Source: Spongospora subterranea f. sp. subterranea (taxonomy: Eukaryota). Taken from it: a stretch of DNA of 64,000 nt. How positions within the stretch are numbered: position 1 is the stretch's first letter; each line of letters begins with the position of its first letter. The notes beneath the pieces were generated by a model. The model saw only the letters and a program-made list of their open reading frames with translations. It was not told the DNA's origin and ran no database searches. Position numbers and translations under genes: made by a program. Of the stretch, positions 12,304 to 24,123 are shown one piece after another. Where the stretch lies: assembly GCA_049724395.1 (NCBI GenBank), contig JAUGWO010000007.1, positions 124,001 to 188,000 on the forward strand, in the 5' to 3' direction.

Positions 12304-13137
12304 ATGGATACAACAAGTGATTTCGAAGGGGTTGTTAACTCAATTCCCTTCAATCAGGATAAGATTGCGGACCAGGGGGACAAACTGCCGAATAAAATCA
12401 GTGAGGATACGAAGGAAGGAGCGGTGTCGAAGAAAGAGGAACCTGTGATCAAGGATAAGAAGCAGGAACCAACGAGTAAGGAGAAATTTAAGGAACCGGG
12501 GATCAAGGAACGAATGGAGGAACCGGCGACTGAAGAAAGTATGGAGGCACCGGCGATCAAGGAAAAAATGGAGAAACCGGCAATTGAGGAAAGGATGGAG
12601 GAGCCGGTGATTAAGGGAAGAATGGAGGATCCGGCGATCAAGGGAAGGATGGAGAAACCGGCGTTTGAGGAAAGAATGGAGGGACCGGCGATCAAGGGAA
12701 GAATGGAGGATCCGGCGATCAAGGAAAGGATGGAGAAACCGGCGTTTGAGGAAAGAATGGAGGGACCGGCGATCAAGGGAAGAATGGAGGATCCAGCGAT
12801 CAAGGAAAGGATGGAGAAACCGGCGTTTGAGGAAAGAATGGAGGGACCGGCGATCAAGGGAAGAATGGAGGATCCAGCGATCAAGGAAAGGATGGAGAAA
12901 CCGGCGTTTGAGGAAAGAATGGAGGGACCGGCGATCACGGGTAGCAAGGGTCATTTGAAGGATGAACCGGCATATCAAAATAAGAAGGATGAACCGGTAT
13001 ATCAGGATAAGAAGGATGAACCTGAATATCAGGACAAGAAGGATCAGCCGGGAGTCAAATTGCCGATTGAAGTCACTTTACCCAAAGAATCTACAAATCT
13101 CGAAGGGAGATTACCTGTGATTAGACCACCTGAATAG
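12304..13137 (+). CDS. Charged tandem-repeat ORF (9-aa units); possibly the last exon of the preceding gene
   Basis: 277-aa ORF with repeats of PAIK(G/E)RME and KKDEPxYQD. The splice phase linking it to the upstream exons could not be resolved. Confidence 0.55.
   Translation: MDTTSDFEGVVNSIPFNQDKIADQGDKLPNKISEDTKEGAVSKKEEPVIKDKKQEPTSKEKFKEPGIKERMEEPATEESMEAPAIKEKMEKPAIEERMEEPVIKGRMEDPAIKGRMEKPAFEERMEGPAIKGRMEDPAIKERMEKPAFEERMEGPAIKGRMEDPAIKERMEKPAFEERMEGPAIKGRMEDPAIKERMEKPAFEERMEGPAITGSKGHLKDEPAYQNKKDEPVYQDKKDEPEYQDKKDQPGVKLPIEVTLPKESTNLEGRLPVIRPPE
12493..12935 (+). repeat. Coding minisatellite: 27-nt units organised into an 81-nt higher-order repeat
   Basis: The triplet GPAIKGRME-DPAIKERME-KPAFEERME recurs about 3-4 times with near-identical DNA. 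Confidence 0.9.
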
Positions 13138-13318
13138 ATCGAGACGCAGCTTTTCGACTATACAAAGTAAAGTGGCTTAATTCAAAATCCGTTCTTTACT
13201 CAATTGTCCGAATCGTGTATTGCTTGACCTTTTTCCTCAAATGTTTCCGTAGCTACTGTGAAGATTCGCCGATTGATTATGGGTTGTTAGGTTTTTGGTA
13301 AAATTGATCTCCCAATGA

Positions 13319-13364
13319 GCAGTGCTGAGAACAACAACAATGCAGTGCTGAGAACAACAACAAT
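13319..13364 (+). repeat. 23-bp perfect tandem duplication
   Basis: gcagtgctgagaacaacaacaat occurs twice in tandem. Confidence 0.9.
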
Positions 13365-14626
13365 ATCGTGATTTTATGGAGAGGAACCTGCAACCGCACA
13401 GCTGTGCTTCTCTCGATATACGGCCAGGTTTCGTCCTTGTTGAACGACTACCGCATCTCTACCCGTATATCAGGATTCGTAATCGCCGGTCCTGCTGGGT
13501 TCCGTTTGCGCTGTCATCGATAATTTTTGATGCGATGTTGGGGCCCGCGTTGAACAGACTACCCTCGGTTGATTGGGCAAACGGTGACCATGCCTACGTC
13601 CTTTGCCATCCCCCGGCGGTGGGAAACCTGTTAACCCCTGCCATAGCAACGCGTTTCAGTCCTAAGCAGCGCTCAAGACATCACAGATTATAATTGTGAT
13701 TATCTCGATGGCTTGTTTTCCCCACACCAATCTCTGCAGGTTCGGGAGTTTAGCGAGTGATACTTGATTCTGTCGAAGGTCACCCCAAACTGATGATCGT
13801 CTGCCGACTGCTCGGAGGAGATATCCACATTCCATGAACACTCTATCGAGTTTTGTATTGTCTCTATAGACCGTGTTTCTGCAGTAAATAGTGAGGGATA
13901 ACGACAAGATGGGAGTCGGGATGAACACTAATATCGGTGTTTGATTGAACCTCGCTCAAGACCGGAATATAGGTTTTGCAGGCGGAACACAGGAGGCGTT
14001 GGGCGATGATGCATTGAGCACAACTAGTGGCGTCGACAGCTGAGGCAGATCTGGCGGGCCACAGATTGACAACCGGGAAAAACAGGTTGGCAAAGGCGGC
14101 GATATGAGGCCACAATTGATACCTGAACAAGTTGGGGCAATCTACTCGAAACGACTGATGACGTCAATATTGTCACTAATAATGTCTGTATTAACATCAA
14201 TCGCATCAAACTGGTAAACGTATCTAAAAAACAACACAAACACATAATACCCTCTTGCTGTACATTGAACTCGAGCTTTGGTCTCGAGTTCATTGTCTTT
14301 CCGGATGCGTCGTCGAATCACAAATCTCCAGTAAAGTAACAGGCCGTTGGACCTTGTTTGGCGTTGCCAAGAGCCTGGCTTGACTGAGTTGTACCAGGAA
14401 TAACTAATCGTCGTAAATCGTGATGACACTGGTCCATATTCACATGTATCCTGATCCAATCTGCTGATCAACCCTCACCGTATCATTCGACCGTTCTACC
14501 GACCTTTGAAAAAAAAAACGAAAAAACCGATCGACGGTGTCCGTCCGATAAACCACTTGTGGATATTTCTCTATGACGATCCGTATTGATGGCGGACCGT
14601 GCTGGCCCTGGAACTGTGCAGTTCAC

Positions 14627-14671
14627 CATCATCATCATCATCATCATCATCAGCATCATCAGCATCATCAG
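14627..14671 (+). repeat. (CAT/CAG)n microsatellite
   Basis: A run of CAT triplets with CAG interruptions lies immediately upstream of ATG 14674. Confidence 0.9.
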
Positions 14672-14673
14672 CA

Positions 14674-15375
14674 ATGATCCAACAGTCCCCCAATCCCGAC
14701 CCGTTATCCCGCGAATATCACAAGGCATTGAGTGTCACCGCTGCAATCAAATCAACATTGGATGGAAGTAGTTCTGGCCGTCAACAGCCCATGCACCTGG
14801 ATAACGACGACCGAATTAGCATTATGAACTACATTGCTTGCCAGGAATCTGTTATTGGCAATCTCACCACAGAGCTACAGAAAGCCACAAGGACGTTGTG
14901 GAGGAAAGTCCTAAATCACGCGAATCATGAACTGAGCATTATTGAGCTGCCCTTGGACTGTTGTCATTTGGCAGAGCAGCATCTGAGAGATGATGATCTA
15001 GATAACGCTCTTAGGGAGAACAGATTGCTGCGAGACGAGATCATGATGAAAGAGCGGGAATGGAACGAGATCAATGCACTAACAGAGCTGGCTTTGCGAC
15101 GGGCACGACAAGACCTTGTGAGTCTGCGAGAACATCATTGCCGGGGCCAGTGTATTGTGCCAAATTTCAACAGCAGAGATCCTCTGATGTCAGATTCTGC
15201 TACAGAAGAGGATATCTTGAACTCGGTCGAGGGAGAATCACCTCGTGATAGAATGGACTCATCACAATGCGCTAAACATCATGATTGCGGTCTAGGCCGT
15301 CACGATCAACCGCCTTTACTGATTCCTGGGAATACCAATCACATACTACATGAGACCGATGAATCGCCAACATAG
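14674..15375 (+). CDS. Hypothetical coiled-coil protein
   Basis: Long ORF with heptad-like 'DNALRENRLLRDEIMMKEREWNEINALTELALRRARQDL'. No family was recognised. Confidence 0.5.
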   Translation: MIQQSPNPDPLSREYHKALSVTAAIKSTLDGSSSGRQQPMHLDNDDRISIMNYIACQESVIGNLTTELQKATRTLWRKVLNHANHELSIIELPLDCCHLAEQHLRDDDLDNALRENRLLRDEIMMKEREWNEINALTELALRRARQDLVSLREHHCRGQCIVPNFNSRDPLMSDSATEEDILNSVEGESPRDRMDSSQCAKHHDCGLGRHDQPPLLIPGNTNHILHETDESPT

Positions 15376-16820
15376 CACAACATCACGATCGTGTGGATAA
15401 AATACAATCACCCATCATATGAGAAAGCACCATCAATGTGATGGGATATTGATCCAAATGCTGTGTAATCCGACTCCCGATCGCTATTTACTAGTATCAA
15501 ATCAATACGGGACGTTTTGTGTTGTACAATCTCGGCCCGGTCATAAATCGGAAAGAAGATTTACCGGATTACGATGAACAAGCTCTTACAGGTCATGATT
15601 GATTGGCACTCAAATCAAGGGCCAACGGCCTGGCGCTCTATTGTCGACTGTGATTCGACAGAAGTGCTCAACTTCAGTTCAAAGCGAATGGGTGTTGACA
15701 CAGTTGTGGATACATGGGGGGTATTCTATTTGAGACGGCTGATGACGCCAATATTGCCAGAGATATGATCGGTGGTAGTTCGGGTAGCCGCCTATGCCAA
15801 CCGCTTTGGGACCGATTCGCGATCAGTGAACCGCTGTCGACGTCCGCGTCAAGACCTGTTTCAGCTGTAGACGCCACCTGCTGACCTCGATTCGTGCTTC
15901 ATGGATTTAGATGGGGGCAACTGATGGTCGTGAGGAGACTCAGATCAGTTCGGGGAAGTTTATTCAGATCAATTCGGGAAGTTTATTTACCGAGACCCAT
16001 TTTAGAGAGCCATTCATGTCCCTTCATACCTTGACCAAGAACGTTTTTTTGAACCGCCAAAATAAAGTCGGAAATGAAGACATCTTGATAGGGTCTTTCT
16101 CCATCGTACTCAAAGAACTTCGCTGAGTGAATGCAACCCAAACCAGTGTCGACCCTGGCCGGCGATAGTTTCACGGGCAACTTTCGATAAAAGGTGACGA
16201 TTCTCGGAAATCAAGAAGCGCTTCTCAACCTGTCAAAAGCACCTTGCGAGGCGCTTTGTTGAATCGAAGGCGATAACAGACGCGCTGGAGGTGCAAAGGA
16301 TAGTTCCGGAGATGGATTTAAAACAAGCGCAATGCTGGAACTGGAAATAGGAAAGGAAGAAGCGGCCAAGGCAGTACAAGCAAAAGCCAAATTCGTTGCG
16401 AATTTGGTCAGTTCCGGAGCTGTGGAGATAATTTGTGAACTGCTCGACGTTGTTTGACAAACCAACTCAAGACCAAAACTCAGCAGTGATTTTTTTTTTC
16501 CAATAATTTCGAACATCGCAATGAAACATCGGCAAACCCTGCGGCACTGCACTCAAGAATCGCTCATTGGTCGGATTGAGAAAGAGCAGACTTATGTTTG
16601 AACCCCCTCCCCTCCCCAATGGAGATATCCGCTTTTGAACTTGTCGTTTTTCGGCGCTTTTCACAAGCGCCGAAATGCGACTGAAATGGTCAACTTGGAG
16701 AGTGGTATAGCCGTATAGAGACTGTAGGGGCGGGCTGCGCATTTGCCATCAAAATTAACTGGCATTTGCCAGGGTGTCATCCCCTTGACCACAATTTCGT
16801 GTTTTTGATTTCGATCAGCT

Positions 16821-17521
16821 ATGGGTACAGAGGTCAGTAGAGCATTCATGCAGTATTTCATGACGGTCAAAGTTGCTCGAGAGACCCAAGTGCGAAAAGA
16901 GTTCGGGATTATCTGTCGAATTTTTGAAGAGCCAGGCGATCGCCATGACGATTGGAAGAAGATGATCGGGCTCCTGAATCGGCAACTGCAGTTTGTGCAG
17001 ATGACAATTCGGGCAGTCATATCTGAGTTGAACGGCGCTGTGTACTGGGGAATTGCCAACACGGCCACTGATGAGTTATCGAAACTCTCCAGCTATTTCG
17101 CTGGTAAAGACTTGAAATATGTTCAAGATCTGCTTCGTGCTATGATTGAGAAGAAGGGCCAAATTGAACGCGAACCTGCAGAACGACTCAAACACGATGA
17201 TGGCCCTGATAAGATGACGTTCGGCGAAGTCAAACTCCTATTGAGCGACCTTGTCAAGCTTCGCTGGCTGAAGATTGATAAATCGGAAAATTTTCTTTTC
17301 GGTGAAAGGACATACTTGGAATTCAACCCATATTTTGACCAGTTGCTTAAAGATGGCAATGTATGTGCCCATTCATTTCAGTGTATCTATCACCCATCTA
17401 ACCTTGCCCCGTTCAGATTCCAGAATGCCGTTATTGCAAGAAATGGTGCATTCTAGGTACGGAAGATGGAAGCCATTTTCACTGTGAAGATAGGGAGATG
17501 GCGATGGCAGCCGAACAATAG
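16821..17521 (+). CDS. NSE1: SMC5/6 complex non-SMC element 1 (2 exons)
   Basis: 'SRAFMQYF', 'YWGIANTATDELSKL' and 'LVKLRWL..FLFGERTYLEF'. After intron 17361-17418 comes 'IPECRYCKKWCI' (start of the RING). Confidence 0.75.
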
Positions 17522-17619
17522 TCCATTATCTGACGGGATGTTGCTTGACGAATATTTCTATATCATATTAATGCAATTCCGACTAACGACTGAGAATATA
17601 TATCTGTAGTACACGTATG

Positions 17620-19523
17620 TTAAGAGCCACGCTTATGAGCTTCTTCGATAGCGTCAACCCAAGCCTGAGCCGTTAGGTCAACGGTCTGAAAACGGAACAA
17701 TTTTTCTGGCTGAAAAACGAAACACCAATAGAGTAAGTCGACTTAGCAATCTAGCGACATTAGGCAGCGCATACGGTATAAATCAGGAACGCATTGCCCT
17801 TGTAGATAGATGCTCGCAATGATGCCGACCATGGAATTTCCTTTCAAATGCAAAATCATATAAGTAATTACACCGGGATTATAGCAGGCCCCAACCGTTT
17901 GCTGTTGTTTCTTCCCGAGAGAAATATGAAACAAACGGGGGGCGCTTGTCAAAATCAGCATCTTCTTTTTGAAAAAGAGGCCTTTCCTTTCTGTGATTAT
18001 TCCTAACATTAACGCAACCTCACTGTTCGTCAAGAACCCTGAACTGTCACCGATCAGATCGCGACAGAGCCTTAGACCTGGAACTTATACCAATCACTAT
18101 CGGCATTGGCTAATGCCATACTGTTAACAGAATCGCTATTGGGTAGAATAATCGCGGCATCAGCTTCTTGCTGCGGTTCATTGGAATTAACATCGACAAA
18201 GTACGAAGGTACTTCAGAGTTGAATAGGTCGTCAAATGCGATGTCACGGAAGAATGGGTGTTGTTTTAATCTGAAAAATATTCAAAATGATATAGCGTTT
18301 GTGAGCACCAAAAAGTGTTCCTTTACCTGTCAAAGCCGCCACTAACTCTGTCTTGTGGATCGACATTCAATAATTTGGTTAACAACGATATAGCTGCAGT
18401 AGACAAGTGATCATCGAACACGATTTTGTGCTCGATAATCTTCTGGAACGTGAGATATTCGGTTTCTCCCTTGAATGGAGGTCGTCCAGATAAAAGTTGA
18501 TAAATAACACAGCCGAAAGACCACCAATCGGCCCTGTGAGAGAGAATGCTGGAAAACCCTTTGATACAAGAAAATATTGCTGATATTACCCGAAACTGAC
18601 GTCACCGTTATTCAGTAACTCGGGTGGCAAATATCTAGATGAAGTAAGGTCAATCTCTAGCGTAGACCTTGGAGCATTGAACATGACGCTGACTCTGCTG
18701 TTCCAACAAACGAGTTCCTTCTGTTAGATGTGTCCTTGACGGTGTCATCAGCGTCGATGATTTTCGCCGATCCGAAATCAATTAAGCGAATATGGCCATC
18801 TTGACTGAGCAATAAATTCTGACCAAGTACAAGAATTCAAAACGGGCCATCAAACAAGTGTGGTGACCACCTCTGGCTTCAGGTCTCGATGAATGATCTT
18901 TTGTCCATGCAGATACTCCAATATCAATAAAATCTCGGCACAATAGAACGCAGCTAGATTTTCGGGACATCGCTTTAGCTAAAACAAACATTGAGCTGAG
19001 ATATGCCTTAAATGTTGAGAATGATGTAATACCCGACGAATCTGCTGAAATAGCTCGCCACCGCTGGCCAACTCTAGGACAAAATCTTCGTATGATAAAA
19101 ACTGGATATTAATCTTAATTGGCAAACTGTTCTCAAGATGATTCGCTTACACAGAGATTGAGAATCTTGAAACGTTCCAAATAGATGCACGATCCCAGGA
19201 TGGTCGACTCGCGACAATATCGCCTTCTCATTCATGACATACACCTGTTTATTGTGTCTCAATATATGAGACTTGTCGAGAACCTTTCTGTAAATAATGT
19301 GAGTAAGACCTAATATATCTCGATAAACCCCAACGATCAACATTACACAGCATAGCGTTGATGTGATTTGAGTTCCTGAGCTTCTAGAACCTATTGAAAA
19401 TGATAACACATAAATGGTTGCACTGAAGGTGTGGCAGCGATTCCTAACCCGTGCATACGATCCTTCTCCTAACAATCCACAAAACTCGAAATCAGCCCTG
19501 GCAAATTTCTTGGACTCACACAT
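17620..19523 (-). CDS. PDK1: 3-phosphoinositide-dependent protein kinase 1 (AGC kinase + PH domain), multi-exon
   Basis: '[14 protein letters not shown]', '[24 protein letters not shown]', 'LIDFGSAK', 'SFVGTA', 'HPFF', and a C-terminal PH domain '[19 protein letters not shown]...AWVDAIEE'. Confidence 0.9.
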
Positions 19524-19589
19524 CGAAATGTCAATGTCCGCAAAACTGCAAGTGCCAACTTTGTTTCTGGTGGCCTCTGTTCACAAAAA

Positions 19590-19661
19590 TGAAGGATGAC
19601 GGATTCGAACCGCCGATCTTGGGGTCTGGAATCCCACGCCCTGCCCCTAGGCCAATCCTCC
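19590..19661 (-). tRNA. trnW-CCA: tRNA-Trp (anticodon CCA), identical to the copy at 304-375
   Basis: Exact reverse complement of 304-375, followed by T5 on the minus strand. Confidence 0.93.
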
Positions 19662-20191
19662 ATATGTTGCTGTTTTTGAGCCTGTAGTAGCGGTATTTAT
19701 AGTCAACAGTGATGATCTATTGATCTCACCGAAACGTCATGGAATGTGCCGCGACGGCATGATAATGATAAGTCTCCATCGTTGTTGAGATGCCATGATT
19801 TTTCGACTAGGTTGGACAAAATTCCGATCAGTATTCTGTATTCTCCTTGTTCGATTTTTTTCTCTTGTGTGATAATTAACATCGATAGATTTGGTCGTGG
19901 CCGTCTTTTTCACCAGAAATATTGCACCCTGGTTTTCTTGGCGAACCATCCACGTTTATTCGAAAGATGTTACAACGTGTCCGTAAAATAAAGGTAAATT
20001 TTTTTGCTTTCGTGGACAAACTCCATCAACTTCATCGAACAGGCACACAGAAGTGAAAGGGCTGCGTACTACAAGCCGCAGCAAACAGAGATGCGAGCCC
20101 GAAATCTCGAGCGTTATTCACGATTACTTTTTAGTCGATAAACGATGATGTTTGAATCGGATTTACTTATGCCACTGGTATTGAATATCCC

Positions 20192-22244
20192 ATGCGTGGC
20201 CGAAAGCGGCCAAGCCGTCCCAAACTTCGCTGCCGTTCGACATTTCACAGCCGTTTGCGCAACCCCGTGATCCCTGAACACACCTCCGTGCAGGGCAGCC
20301 TCTCTGGTCATGCGATACACCGTATCAAGCAGGAGCCCTGTAGAGTGAGGACTGCATCCCTCGTACGTCACCTGGGGGCTGGGGTCTCTGTCATCTTCAT
20401 TATCATCATATGATCCGTTATGGTTCTACAGCCGTATCCAAATTGACAATATTCCGGAATCTTGTTCGCAGACACTCGTCCGCCCCAGCTTTGCCAGAGC
20501 TACGCCTTGGGGATTGTTGCGGCTGCGGAGCCAACCTCCACTTTCATGATGATTCAAAGCCTGGGTAGGATTAATGAGATTGGGCGTTCTTTCATGGTTT
20601 ATTGATAACACAGTGTCTCAGATACCTGCCCAAGCATATAATAGACAATTTGCATGAATCCTTTCGTGATTCCGTTGAACTGGGAATCGATGCAGTTTCT
20701 GCCTCTGCTGAAGCTGTCCACAGTTTGATCTGCATGCGGTGTCATCAGCTCACCCATAATGGGTTTGCACAAGGGAACATGCGGAATGTCATTTCGGAAG
20801 ATTTTAGGACCTCTTTAAAGTCACGGTTCTGTTTGGAGAACGGTATATAATATAAGTCTAAATCCTGCTGTTGCAATGCAAACGAATCACTCTCGGTAGG
20901 CCGCAGTTCAGTCATCATCAAACTAGTGGACCTTGTTGATTTTCATGGCTCGATGTTTGCTGACGTTATCGAGCTCATCGGCAAAGACAATCCTGTAATT
21001 TTGGCTGCTAACAAATTTGACCTTCTTCCTACGGGTGCTTCTACCAAACGAATTAGGTCAGTCCAATGTATACAGCCTGCGCGGAAATCTCATGGTGTTC
21101 AGGTCTTGGGTAAAGAACGAAGCTGCGCTAATGCGACTGCCCATATACGACGTTCATATTGTATGCTCTCGTACCGGTGAAGGATTATCTTCGTTAATAG
21201 ATAATGCTCGCCAATTAGCTGAAATGCCGGCACGAGATATATACGTTGTGGGGTCTTGTAATGTGGGGAAAAGCACGTACGACGAACTTGAGGATTTTTG
21301 AGTCCTCATCTTCACATTGATAATGCTCGTTTAGGTTCATCAATTGCCTTCTAAACAAGAGTATCATCAAAGGAGTCGGACGAGGTAGCCGCAAAGCCAC
21401 TTTCCGATTAAAAGACGGCCGAGTGAAGGAGACAACGAGGGCTATACCGGTTACTGCATCGTCTGTGGCTGGCACAACGCTTGGGTTCGCTCTTTTCGGG
21501 TTTATCACTCAAGTTTTCAAAAGTTGTGCAGATTAATCCCGTTTAAGCTTCGTGGACCAGCATCAGTGAACGAAATCTCCTTGTTCGATACCCCTGGAGT
21601 TTACGCTGATTTACCGATTCACCGTCGCCTCACTGAAGCAGAACTGCGACTGATTTCTCATGGTAGAAAGATCATGCCAGTTACGTACCGTCTAGAAAAA
21701 GGGCAATCGCTTCTTTTGGCAGGCCTAGCCAGAATCGATCACATTGACGGTATATTTCTTCAAGTGAAGCGATTGCTTTTGTTCATTCATGGGCTTAGGG
21801 CTTCCATTTTTATATACATCTTTCGTGTCTCGGGATGTCGTCGTGCATGTCACGCAGACTGCAAGAGCTGAAAACATCCTCTCTCAACGTCCAGGTTTAT
21901 ATATATTCATTTACAGTTTTAAAAACCTGAACCACTCGCTCATAGATATATATAAGATTCCAAAAGACAGCACTCGAGTGGTCTCCTCTCTGATGCATTA
22001 CGATTTCAAAATATCTGGAAAAGGATGGGCCGAGTAATATATTTCCATGAAGATTCTGAGTTTGTGTCTAACTACCTGTTACTACAGAGCTTCTCAAGAT
22101 GTGGCTTTCGACGGACTAGGTTGGGTATCCTTAACAGGATGTGGTTCATCGCGTATTAGAGTGTTTGGAATTGGATCGATCAGACTTCGTCATCCACTGA
22201 TGCCTTTCGACGCCCGAGATTCGGCGAGAAGGTTCACGGGATAG
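20192..22244 (+). CDS. NOA1: NOA1/YqeH-family circularly permuted GTPase, multi-exon
   Basis: Zn finger 'CCGCGA..CMRCHQL', 'VDLVDFHGS', G4 'NKFDLLP', G1 'GSCNVGKST', G2 'AGTTLG', G3 'DTPG' and 'GQSLLLAGLARID'. The start is approximate. Confidence 0.88.
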
Positions 22245-22332
22245 AACCAAGTTGCGTTTCGTAGAGTTTTTCAGTTGATAAATATATGTGACAAGAACAT
22301 GCCGAAAAAACTGGGGTTGGTATAGAAATTTT

Positions 22333-23856
22333 TTATTCAACGAGTGGATGTACGGTTGATGTAGGGTTATCAATCTCCAAATATTCATCATTTGATGGCT
22401 CGTCTATCAATGCAATAATGGCGCAAACAGCCAATCCTGCGCCGACTGCTCCCATGACAAATATCGATGCGATGCTCCCGTGAAATCGTGATAGGATCGG
22501 GCCACTTAACACGCTGGCGATAATTTGTGGAAGGCACTGGGACAAATTGAATGTTGCAGCATGAATTCCTGCTTCAGGTGTCCTTGAGATTTCTTTAGTG
22601 ACGATCATCCAGGGTATGGTATTTGTGGCAGCGAATGTAATTCCAAGAATAGCATACAGAACGATGGCACTGGGCACAGTCGAAATGAACGGCATGATCA
22701 AAAGTGTTAGCATGAGATGGATTTCAGCAGCTACAAATATCGGCATCATGCCAAACTTCCTAATTGTGGATGCTAAGCATTGTGCAAATGCCGCGGATGA
22801 TAAAGAAAGACCAAACAACGCCAAGTTTCCAAACCGCACACCTTCCTCATACTGAAGACGGGCCACCGAACCAATTCCCGCCATTGGGATGCCCTTGTTT
22901 ATATGCTGACCGAAATAATCGGTACCATACACCATGAACGAAAACCACGCAAACGAATTACAGAACTGGATAAGAAACGCTTTCCGGACTGTATCAGGCA
23001 AACGAGGCATTGAAGTAAAAGACGTCCAAACAACTGACGGTAGTGAGTTTCGTGGTGACCGACTTTCAGCAAACCGTTGGCGATCCTCAGTCGCCAATAC
23101 AATTGTAATTAGGCAATACGATATAATCAACAGAGCCGCTCCGAAAAACACAACTTGCACCTCTCCACCTAAGAAGGGGATCGCCCGGTCTAGATTCAAC
23201 TACCAAACCACAGAGGCTTTAGATCATTGATGATGTCATCATATTTGCTCTCACCGATCCAATCAGATATCCTGTCGCTTTTCCCAGACCATCATGAATA
23301 CTGATAAACGCACTCGCATCCCCTTGCTGGGCGATTGGGACCATATCAGCAATCATCGCTCGGGTCGGTGCCATCATTGCGTTGATCGAACAGTCTAAAA
23401 AACAGAAAGCCATGACCGCAATCGCTAAACTAAGGTGCATTCCTAGATCAGTTGAGCCGCCAAGCCCATGCCCGATCCGCTCTGCTTGAGAAAACAGCAG
23501 TAACGACGTCGACGTGGATAAAGCCGCGCCCATTATGAAAGGGCGGCGTCTACCAAACCGACTCTGAGATTGATCAGATAAAATGCCAATAAACGGCTGG
23601 ACTATAATTCCGGATACTGGCCCGGCAAGCCATGCCAAGCCGACTGTCTCCGGATTCATCCCTAAGTGTAACAGCGTCGGGGTAGAATACCCCACCTAAA
23701 CACTTAGCCGACCCATTCACACCGGTAGTTCGACAGGGGATGCCGTACCTGAACGGCCCAGGCGAGACTACTGGCCATGGCGGAGAAGAGAACGGCGAAG
23801 AGTCGGGAGCGCCTCCACTCCTTCTGCTGGAGGGTGCCATCCTGACATAACACCAT
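22333..23856 (-). CDS. Sucrose/H+ symporter-like MFS transporter (SUT/SLC45 family), 3 exons
   Basis: 'SLAWAVQ|VGYSTP', 'WLAGPVSGIIVQPFIGILSD..SRFGRRRPFI', 'LDCSINAMMAPTRAMIAD' and 'FNLSQCLPQII'. Confidence 0.9.
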
Positions 23857-24123
23857 AGATAGCGTTTAGAATAGTGACCGATAATTGCGTGCGATGGTTC
23901 CCTTGCCGCTAGTCAACCATTTCTGCAGAAAACAAGTCCGCACTGGGCCACATGTCAAGTCGCTAGTACCGCAACCGCGCCCGGTCAATGACATACATTG
24001 CTGCCGGAAACCAAATGGCGAGGCAAGTGAATGCTTCGAATAGGTTCGTTAAAGTCGTCGGTGGTTTTTATCCTTCGACAATGGCTTGAAGAAACCTATA
24101 TTGGCGAACTGGTTTATAGATGC

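Noticed and set aside
12340..12978. Long antisense and alternate-frame ORFs (212, 197 and 97 aa)
   Set aside because: They are by-products of a stop-free tandem repeat.
16130..16480. Frame with in-frame TGA codons as evidence of UGA recoding
   Set aside because: It also contains TAA and has no recognisable homology. Conserved host genes use TGG for Trp and some end in TGA.
19730..20040. Possible Tc1/IS630-type DDE fragment on the minus strand
   Set aside because: Only a faint 'RGW..K.R' resemblance with stops, too weak to call.
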